Shown here in pieces: positions 50,367 through 64,000 of a stretch of 64,000 nt of DNA. Numbering within the stretch: position 1 is the stretch's first letter; every line of letters starts with the position of its first letter. Source of the DNA: the human T2T-CHM13v2.0 reference genome, Homo sapiens; assembly GCA_009914755.4 (NCBI GenBank), contig CP068257.2, forward strand, positions 31,936,001 through 32,000,000, written 5' to 3'. The position numbers and the translations under genes were made by a program. The notes beneath the pieces were generated by a model. The model did not search any database, was not told the origin of the DNA, and saw only the letters and a program-made list of their open reading frames with translations.

Positions 50367-51297
50367 TTATCTGAATGGAATCATACCATATGCATTCTTT
50401 TCTACCTTGCTTTTTATGTTCCATATTATGTTTTTAAGGCATCCATTCTGTGGATGAGGCTGTTAGAGCACTTTCATTCTTGTTGTTTTATGGCATTCCA
50501 ATATATTAAAAACACCTTCATTTGCTTACCCATTGTTTAGCTGATGAACATTTGTGTTGTCTCCAATTTTTGTCAGTTACAAACAATGCTGCTAAGTGTG
50601 TTCGTATATGAAAAATATTGTTACACCGTGCATGGGTTTTCCTAGGATACTTAAATTGGAGTGGAAATCCTAGGTCCCAGGTATATTATCTGTTCCTTAA
50701 CTACACCTTTCCAAAGTAATTGCATCAATTTACTTTCCCACAGTAGTGTCCTGTTGCTGTGAATGTCCTTGTCAACTTGTGGAATGATCACATTTATATA
50801 TTTTTACCAATTATGTAGGTAGGTAATAGTTTCTTACTATGATTTTAATTTGCTTTCTCTGACTACTAAAAGAGGTTGAGCATCTTTCCATGTTCACTGG
50901 CCATCTGGAATTCCTTTTGTGAATTCCTTTTTCAAGTGTTAATCAATTTTTCTATTGTTTTGTCTTTTTCTTATTTAGAGCTTTACAGGAATTCTTTATA
51001 TATTCTAGAGAAGTCATTTGTTCATGTGCTGTAAATATTATTTTCAACTTTGTGCCTTCTGTTTTCAATCTCTTTAACAGTATCTTTAAAAAACAGAATC
51101 ATCAGAATGATATTTTAAAAAGATAACTGACATCCTAACAATTCCCTGCTTAAAATTTATCAATGGCTTTACACTGTACTTGGAACCAAATGCAACTCCT
51201 AATATAGTTTAAAAAGTTCCGCATGATCTGACCGTGAAACTATTCCTTAACATGTTTCACTATTTAATTTTTGTTTTGTATTTATGTTGTACACTGA

Positions 51298-51677
<380 letters not shown>

Positions 51678-52144
51678 TAACACTTTCACAGTCTTTACCA
51701 GCTCTTTGAAATGCTTCCTCTAGTAGCAATGATTCATGTGGACTAGCCAGAGTAGTCAGCACTGCATTTAGCAACAAACTAGTGCCATCTAGTGGGCGAA
51801 GTGGAGCATTCAAACATGCATGTTGAAATGCTCAGACAAGAGCTGAGAATTAAAACAGTAAAAACATATTAAGCACCAGGTGATAGCACACACAGTACTT
51901 TATTCCTTAGGTAACTCTTTAAGATAGCTATTCTCCCAATTTTACGGATGATGAAATAGGGTTCAGGGTAATTGATTAATTTGTCTAATGCCACATAGCT
52001 CATAAGGTGAATATATGACTTTAAAGCACATCTATTTCAACAGTGCACGCTCAATCAACGTATAATTTACTTATTGGGAACATCTTCTATCAAAAGGATT
52101 GGGACTACCATATTTTTATTAAAAACTCAATCATGTTGTCCTTA

Positions 52145-52471
<327 letters not shown>

Positions 52472-52544
52472 TTAATGTCAACACACTTGCTTTTGTGTTG
52501 GGGGTCCACAGGTGTTTATTATGTTATAAAAACTAAACAAATAA

Positions 52545-52850
<306 letters not shown>

Positions 52851-53175
52851 TAAATGCGAGCCATATTTCAGCATCTAAGAATTATAATTTGATCTCTTTC
52901 TAGTTTAGCTCCAAAGGAATAAAAACAACAATGCTGAAAATTTTGAATGAAAAATAAAATTAGTTTTAGGCTTGACAGAATTGCTTAAGAACTGAAAAGT
53001 ACAAAAGAGTTGGAAGAATTACTCTACTCTTTAACTCTATTATCAAGTTTGAGAAATAGGACTAACACCACATTTTGGGGGAATGTTTGAAACATAGCTC
53101 TTTGGTTTGGTAAAGAACAGACTTATTTGAGTTGAAAGTGACTGAGCACTGAGCACTCATTAAACAATCATGAAG

Positions 53176-53530
<355 letters not shown>

Positions 53531-53949
53531 GAAAGTAATAGAAACTAAAATAGAGTTGTGGTGAACTGAAAGTTTTCCCCTACAAACTTGCCGGGAAACT
53601 GAAATTATTCCCTTTTACAAAAGGTTGGAGCTACAACAGAGATTACAGGTTATTCAGTTGAGTGTCCTCATTTATAGATGCAGTCAGCATGCCTAGGATC
53701 TAGCCTAAAGGTCACACTGTTAGTCATCATTCTTTTTTTTTTAAACATTGTAAATTGACAAGTTATAATTGTATAAATTTATGGGGCACAAAATGATGCT
53801 ATGATTTACGAATACAATGTGGAATAATTAAATCAAGCAAGTTAACATAGCCATCATCTCAAATACTTAACATATTTTATGATGAAAACATTTGAAATTT
53901 ACTCTCAGCAATTTTGAAATGTACAATACTCTATTATTAACTATACTCA

Positions 53950-54290
<341 letters not shown>

Positions 54291-54389
54291 AAAAACATAT
54301 CCCTCCTGTTTAGCTGAGATTTTATACCCTTTGTCCATCAACACTCCATTCTCCCCAGCCCGCAGCCTCTGTAGCCACCATTCTACTCT

Positions 54390-55144
54390 CTGCCTCTATG
54401 AGTTTGTTTTAGATTCCACATAGAAGTGAGAACATGCTGTATCTGCCTTTCTGTGCCTGGCTTATTTCACTCAGCATAGTGCTCTCCATTTCCATCTGTG
54501 TTGTCACAAATGACACAATTTCCTGCTTTTTAAAGGCTGAACAGTATTCCATTGTGTATATCTATATCATATTATTCATTCATCTGGACACTTAGGTTGA
54601 GTCCACAACTTGGCTGTTGTGAATAGTGCTGCAATGAATATGGGAGTGCAAGACATCTGATTTCAAAGCTTCCGGGAAAATATCCAGAAGGAGGATTACT
54701 GAATCATATGGTAATTCTATGTTTTGATTTTTGAGGAACATTCATACACTTTCCATAATGACTGTACTAGTTTACATTCTCACCAATAGCGTACAAAGTT
54801 TCCCTTTTCTCCACATTCTCGCCAATACTTACCTTTCATCTTTTTGGTAACAGCTATTCTGACAGGTATGAGATGGTATTTCTTTGTGGTTTTAATTTGC
54901 ATTTCCCTAATGATTACTGATGTCGAGTATTTTTTCACATGTCTTCTTTTGAGAAATGTCTATTCAGGTCCTTTGACCCTTTTCTAATTGTTTTTTTCTT
55001 CTTGCTGTTTTCTGAGCTCCTTCTATATCACTATATTAACCCCTTATCAGATGTACGGCTTATCAACATTTTCCCCCAGTCTGTAGGCTGTCTCTGCACA
55101 CTGTTGTTTCCTTTGCTGTGTAAGAGCTCCTTCTTAAAGTACTA
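54390..55144 (+). mobile_element. L1 fragment (older subfamily), 3' ORF2 region, sense on the plus strand
   Basis: ..aaggctgaacagtattccattgtgtatat..ggacacttaggttg..tgtgaatagtgctgcaatgaa..gtttacattctcaccaatag..tttgcatttccctaatgattactgatgt.. Confidence 0.75.
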
Positions 55145-56270
<1,126 letters not shown>

Positions 56271-56534
56271 CGTACTTCTTTTAAAGAAACATTTTGCTGT
56301 GTTTTCTTCCTCAAGGAATATCTGCAATTGTTTTCTCTATATACTTTAATGGATTTCTGGACTTTAATCCATCCTCCTGATTTATAAATAAGGTAGAAGA
56401 AAAAGGCCATTTGTGTGGTTTGCCGGTCTTAGCTTAAACTTTATAGCTAGAAAATGGATGCTCTAATTTGCTTTTCTCCTTCTGGTCCATGTCATAATTC
56501 TCCAGTGTTCATCAGTGCCTAAAGGAATGGGCCT

Positions 56535-56846
56535 TGTTTGGTTGTTTTTTTTTTTTTTTTTTTTTTTGAGACAGAGTCTTACTCTGTCACCGAGGCTGGA
56601 GTACAGTGGCACTGTTGGCTCACTGCAACCTCCGTCTCCTGAGTTCAAGCGATTCTCCTGCCTCAGCCTCCCGAGTAGCTGGGATTACAGGCGCCCACGA
56701 CCATGCCCGGCTAGTTTTTATATTTTTAGTAGAGACGGGGTTTCACCATGTTGGCCAGGCTGGTCTCGGACTCCTGACCTCAGGCGATCCACCCATCTCG
56801 GCCTCCCAAAGTGCTGGGATTACAGGCATGAGCCACCGCGCCCAGC
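56535..56846 (-). mobile_element. Alu
   Basis: Alu antisense consensus. Confidence 0.88.
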
Positions 56847-58104
56847 CAATTGTTGTTGTTTTTAATAATTTATCTTCTATAGCAATTTAGTTTTGGTTAC
56901 TTAATGAAAAGACTCCATATTCACAACGTACTCGAAAGAACAGGGCAATAAGGCCAACCATTCAAGGAAACTCTGGGGCCAAAAATAGGATAGTTTCCTG
57001 TAAAGGAGCCCGTGGCAGTCCTCAAATTTCAAACTGCACAATTTCAAGATAGCTCTGGATTAGAGACTCTCACTGCGTGGTATTTGAAAGAGGTCTTTAT
57101 CTTTCAAAGGAAGACACACACTTGGCTCCTCACTAGGCTTCATGTACGTTCCAATAAGTGCAGCCCTCAGATCTCTGAAAAAGTGTCTTTTGGAAATTAA
57201 TTTTTAATAAAATAATAAAGTATTATTGGAAATTTTAGATATAATGAATGACATTAATTTAAATAAAAATTACTTTAAATTTATAATTTTAGAAATGAAA
57301 TGCCAAAGATTTGGTAGCCTAGCTCAAGTTACTGTAAGGACTTAACTGAGTAAGATTACTATTTTTGGAAGACCCAAATCCAAATTAGCCTCTGTCCCCA
57401 AAAGGTCTGATTAGAGATCACATTATTTAAGAAAAGAACTTAGGAAAAGGTTTAATTCAATAGTTCAAGAACATAAGAGAAGGTATTTGCTACTATGGAT
57501 ATGGTATGAAGAACATAATGAATTCCAGCATAAGAAATATATGCTGGCTGTACCACTGGAGTCCTGGTGTATCCACTGACCACATCTTCCTCCCCTGCTC
57601 ACACAGGTAACTTCCACCCAACTTTCCATCCTCTACCTTTTCTCTATATCCTTAAATAACATATGCTTAATTTTGTACATTTTTGAACTGTATATAAATA
57701 AATGGCATGGGACTGTTTGTATTCTTCTGTAACTTGCTTTTTTCACTCAATGCTGTTTGTGAGAGTCATCCACTTTGATATGTTTAGCTCTTACTCATTT
57801 TCACTGCTCAATAGAAATTCATTCTATGAATATTTTCAATTATCTATTTGCTTGGTGATGGACATTTGGGCTGTTTCCAGTTTCTTTCACTATTACAAAT
57901 AAGCTGCTATCAACTCTTATGCAGTATGCCTCCTAGTGCACATCAAATTTCCATAGGCTACATGAGTGGAATTACTAGGTCTGGTATATATACATCATTA
58001 ATTAGATAAAGCTAAATTGTTTTCTAACATATTTGTACCAACTTACACTCCAGCACATGAAAGGTTCCATCATTCCACATCCTTCCCACACTTTGGGATG
58101 GTCA

Positions 58105-58404
<300 letters not shown>

Positions 58405-58654
58405 TGATGGTCAGACTTTTTAACTTTTGTCAGTCTGGTGGATGCATAATGTTATCTCTAAGTGGTTTTAATTGCTTTCCCCTGATTACTTAGGAGATGA
58501 AGCAACTGTTTAATATGGTTTCATGAAGTGTGTGTGTGTGTACATGTACTTTAAATATTCAAAAAATAAATTACCATAAGAAAAATTAAAAACGAATATT
58601 TCAGTTAAACTCAACACTAGTCAAAAGATATTAGAAACCAAAGATAAGTGCTCT

Positions 58655-58940
58655 TTTTTTTTCTTTTTTGAGACAGAGTCTCGCTCTGTCACCCAGGCTG
58701 TAGTGCAGTGGTGCAATCTCAGCTCCATCTCCAGAGTTCAAGCAATTCTCATGCCTCATCCTCCTGAGTAGCTGGAATTATAGGTGCGTGTCACCACACC
58801 CAGCTAATTTTTTTGTCTTTTCAGTAGAGACCAGGTTTTGCTATGTTGGCCTGGCTGGTCCCAAACTCCTGGCCTCAGGTGACCTGCCCACCTTGGCCTC
58901 CCAAAGTGCTGGGATTACAGGTGTGAGCCACCACACCTAG
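58655..58940 (-). mobile_element. Alu
   Basis: Alu antisense consensus. Confidence 0.88.
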
Positions 58941-59354
58941 CTTGAGATGAGTGTTCTTGATTCTTTCCCGTCTCAAACTCTCCATGTACTGTCTAAATTT
59001 TATATGTTTTTTGTTTCAGTCAATAACCAAGAGTAAAAAAAAATTTTTAATTCTGATTAGGTATATAATTTAAGAGCCAAGAGAGAAATCACTTTTCAAA
59101 GATCTTACCATGAGCAGTGTTAGTAAAACTTAAAGGTCTATATATTGTTTAGTCTGAATATGAATTTTATGAATACTAATTATAAGCTAGAAGTATTCAC
59201 ATGACCAGCCAACATTTTTTACATACATGACTGGCTAATGATACTTTATTAAGTACAACACTTATGGTAGATTCAAAAAAATTAAAATGTTATTAAACCA
59301 TATGTCAGTGAAGTAAGACTTATGTGAGCTCCAAAGTACTGAATTGCTACATAC

Positions 59355-59423
59355 CCAAGTAATGCTCATGTACTCTAACAACTTCACAAAGTCCAGGGTC
59401 TTCAGAGTCCAGGGGCAAAATTC
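59355..59423 (-). CDS. CRYZL1: CRYZL1 exon ([24 protein letters not shown])
   Basis: Acceptor gattttAG|GA. Donor TTGG|GTATGT. 69 nt. Confidence 0.85.
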
Positions 59424-59707
59424 CTAAAAATCAAAACAAGAAATTAAAGGGATGTAAGTCAAAAATTCATTCCTAATGAGAGGCCAGTATTATTACAAAT
59501 TTTGTTCAGTGAAATTTTGAGGAAGGTTCCAGTAATTACTAGTGTGGACAAGAAAAAATTCAGAAATGGGATGGGAAGTGCACTGTGCCACTCCTGCTAT
59601 CGCTTTCTTCTTTCCCCTCTGAGTGACAGTAAGATGATGGCTGATGTTATAGAACAAAGTCAGAGTCTTGGGAGCATCTGGACTCCTTGTTAAAACTCTC
59701 CCTGATG

Positions 59708-60330
<623 letters not shown>

Positions 60331-60374
60331 TTGTCCTTGATGCATAGCTACCTTCCTATAGTTTGGTTCCATGA

Positions 60375-60686
<312 letters not shown>

Positions 60687-60962
60687 AGAGTATGTTTCTA
60701 ATAAAATCCCATTTTTCTTCTAAGCTAGTCTGATTTTGTTTTTGGTTTCTCACAAAAAGAATCTTGAATAATACAGAGTGCCACTGATTTCCTGAGCAGA
60801 ATAAAAAGACAAGAAAGAAATAATCAATTCTCCAGGATAATGCCTGAGTCAAAGGCAATACTATAAAAAGCTGATGAAAACTTTCTTACAAATCTATCCT
60901 TTAAGAATTTCAAGCATGCTATAATTTTAACGCTATAAGGCTAAATATTTTTTCTTTCTTTT

Positions 60963-61262
60963 CTTTCTCTCTTTTTTTTTTTTTTTTTTGGACAAGGTCT
61001 CCCTCTGTCACCAGGCTGGAGTACAGTGGTGTGATCATGGCTCACTGCATCCTCAAACTTCCAGGCTCAGGCGATCTCCCACCTCAGCCTCCTGAGTAGC
61101 TGGGACCACAGGTGTGTGCCACCACGCCTGGCTAATTTTTGTATTTTTTATGTAGAGTCGAGCTTTTGCAATGTTGCCCAGGCTGGTCTTGAACTACTGG
61201 GCTCAAGTGATCTTCCTGTCTTGGCCTCACAGAGTGCTAGGATTACAGGTGTGAGCCACCAC
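60963..61262 (-). mobile_element. Alu
   Basis: Alu antisense consensus. Confidence 0.85.
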
Positions 61263-61355
61263 ATAATATATATTATATGGCCCTATATAATACAAGTTAT
61301 ATAAATGTTTTCTAACTTTATGTCTTCCACAGAGAAATGAAAATTTCAAGGATTA

Positions 61356-61459
61356 CTATAAAAGTCATAGCCTATGTTTGTGTGACTGTCTAGGATGCAG
61401 GTTGCAACTATAAAAGTCATAGCCTATGTTTGTGTGACTGTCTAGGACACAGGTTGCAA
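61356..61459. repeat. 52-bp tandem duplication (2 copies, about 94% identical)
   Basis: ctataaaagtcatagcctatgtttgtgtgactgtctagga(t/c)(g/a)caggttgcaa x2. Confidence 0.85.
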
Positions 61460-61754
61460 AATTGCAAAAATACTGTGGATTTTAAAAAACAATAAAAGTT
61501 TTAAGTCAATTTTTAGTTTTACAAGAGTTGTAAGAGAAAAGCTCTGTATGATTTCAGTTGAAACGGTGCATGGAGCTTCTATATGGCCCAGTCAGTCAGC
61601 AGCCTTCAAGCATGTGACTTGTAACTTTCCTTCTCCCTAAAGACTTCAGTCTGGCCACAGACTAAGCATCTGCCAGAAAAAGGCTACACCAAGCACTATA
61701 GCAACTATGATTATCTTTTTATCTATAAAACTGTTCTACAGCTAAATATATATA

Positions 61755-62454
<700 letters not shown>

Positions 62455-62522
62455 TTATATAGAAAAAACAGAGATGACGGTAAAATAGATGACTTGAAAT
62501 AAGACTATGAACTATAACTTAC

Positions 62523-62567
62523 CAACTACTTCATCATCTGGTTGAAAGAATGATACCTTGCTTCCAA
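62523..62567 (-). CDS. CRYZL1: CRYZL1 internal exon (V-GSKVSFFQPDDEVV-G). Upstream exons for residues 1-72 were not found in the window.
   Basis: Acceptor cactctttAG|TT. Donor GTTG|GTAAGT. 45 nt, phases 2/1. Confidence 0.8.
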
Positions 62568-62842
62568 CTAAAGAGTGAAGAAAATTAATAGTTAATATTA
62601 CAAGTTTATTAAATATAATTCTTATCTATTAAAATACATTTTTAAAATCTGTGGATTTGTAAAAAGACTGATTTTGTTTAATGTGGAAAAAAGGACCAAA
62701 ATGTCAATAACATTTTGATGGTCTGTAAAGACTACAGGATATACAGCACTTCAAATCTGGATTCTCTAGATATTTGGGCCATGCGATTATTGTGACCAGG
62801 AGAAGTATCTCTCTCTTTGCCTATTTAGTTGACTTTATTCAT

Positions 62843-63132
62843 TTTTTTTTTGAGATGGAGTTCTGCTCTTGTCAACCAGGCTGGAGTTTGTGGCACGATC
62901 TTGGCTCACTGCAACCTCCACCTCCCAGGTTCAAGTGATTCTTGTGCCCCAGCCTCCCGAGTGGCTGGGACTAATGGCATGCACCATCATGCCTGGCTAA
63001 TTTTGTATTTTTAGTAGAGACAGGGTTTCACCACCTTGGCCAGGCTGGTCTTGAACTCCTGACCTCAACTGATCCACCCGCTTTGGCCTCCCGAAGTGCT
63101 AGGATTACAGGTGTAAACCACTGTGACTGGCC
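62843..63132 (-). mobile_element. Alu with the target-site duplication ctatttag(t/c)tgacttta
   Basis: Alu antisense consensus. Target-site duplication on both flanks. Confidence 0.88.
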
Positions 63133-63239
63133 TCTATTTAGCTGACTTTAAGGAAGAAGGAGTAAAGAAACTAATCTATTCTATAGCTTCTATGATAATT
63201 ATATTGTTTTCTACTCCTCCTGTGGCTAGCCCAATCTGT

Positions 63240-63830
63240 CTTTATTTTTGTTGCAGAATCTCATACAACAGGGAATTCTGAGAATGCAGCAGGACAAGCC
63301 GCAGACAAAACTCTTCAGACACTGAGTTAAAGAAGGAAGGGCTTTATTTGGCCGGGAGCTTCGGCAAGACTCACGTCTCCAAAAACTGAGCTCCCCAAGT
63401 GAGCAATTCCTGTCCCTTTTAAGGGCTTACAACTCTAAGGGGGTCCGTGTGAGAGGGTCGTGATCGATTGAGCAAGTAGGGGGTACGTGATCGGGGGCTG
63501 CATGCACTGGTAATCAGAACGGAACAGAACAGGACAGGGATTTTCACAATGCTTTTCCATACAATGTCTGGAATCTACAGATAACACAACCGGTTAGGAC
63601 AGGGGTCGATCTTTAACCAGGCCCAGGGCGTGGCGCTGGGCTGTCTGCCTGTGGATTTCATTTCTGCCTTTTAGTTTTTACTTCCTCTTTCTTTGGAAGT
63701 AGAAATTGGGCATAAGATGAGGGGTGGTCTCCTCCCTTAAGAAGAGTGACGTTAAAATTACTTTGATTTGGGAAATAAATTCAGGTTGGTACCAAGAAGT
63801 TTTCTGGAACTTTATAGAAATGATGGCCGG
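63240..63830. mobile_element. Unclassified LTR-like element (possible solo ERV LTR)
   Basis: About 590 bp of CpG-containing sequence unlike the surrounding intron: ..tgagaatgcagcaggacaagccgcagac...gggggtccgtgtgagagggtcgtgatcgattgagcaagtaggggg...ctttaaccaggcccagggcgtggcgctgggctgtctgcctgtgg... It abuts an Alu. Confidence 0.35.
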
Positions 63831-64000
63831 GCGCGGTGGCTCACGCCTGTAATCCCAGCACTTTGGGAGGCCGAGGCGGGTGGATCACGAGGTCAGGAGA
63901 TCGAGACCATCCCGGCTAACACGGTGAAACCCCATCTCTACTAAAAATACAAAAAATTAGCCGGGCGTGGTGGTGGGTGCCTATAGTCCCAGCTACTTGG
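63825..64000 (+). mobile_element. Alu, truncated by the window end
   Basis: GGCCGGGCGCGGTGGCTCACGCCTGTAATCC... Confidence 0.88.

Overview
This is human genomic DNA, and I recognise it as the chr21q22.11 SON–DONSON–CRYZL1 locus. I assigned the genes from the translated exons. No database search was run.

SON lies on the plus strand. The window opens inside its giant RS-domain exon 3 and carries exons 4–12 through the stop codon at 22414-22416. Every exon has a canonical GT-AG splice site and the reading phase is consistent across all of them. The G-patch domain sits in exon 9 and the dsRBD-like C-terminus in exons 10–12. There is also an in-frame candidate alternative terminal exon at 5717.

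DONSON lies on the minus strand, convergent with SON. All 10 coding exons are in the window: the ATG is at 34430 inside a CpG island and the stop is at 24100-24102. The exons sum to 1701 nt, giving 566 aa plus stop.

CRYZL1 also lies on the minus strand. Its nine 3'-most coding exons, encoding residues 73-349, are present, with the stop at 35611-35613 about 1.2 kb upstream of the DONSON start. The exons for residues 1-72 must lie beyond the window end.

More than 50 Alu insertions fill the rest of the window, together with two MIR elements, two L1 fragments, a hAT-like MITE, an LTR-like segment and several simple repeats.

The observations most worth follow-up are these:
- A 493-bp CpG-rich element at 3222-3714 in SON intron 4, bounded by terminal inverted repeats. 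It matches no common human repeat.
- An AT-AC U12-type intron in CRYZL1.
- A U12-type GT-AG intron in DONSON.
- A 53-bp near-perfect tandem duplication of the 3' splice site of the last SON coding exon.
- A diverged tandem copy of the CRYZL1 terminal exon.
- A CpG-rich in-frame alternative terminal exon of SON.
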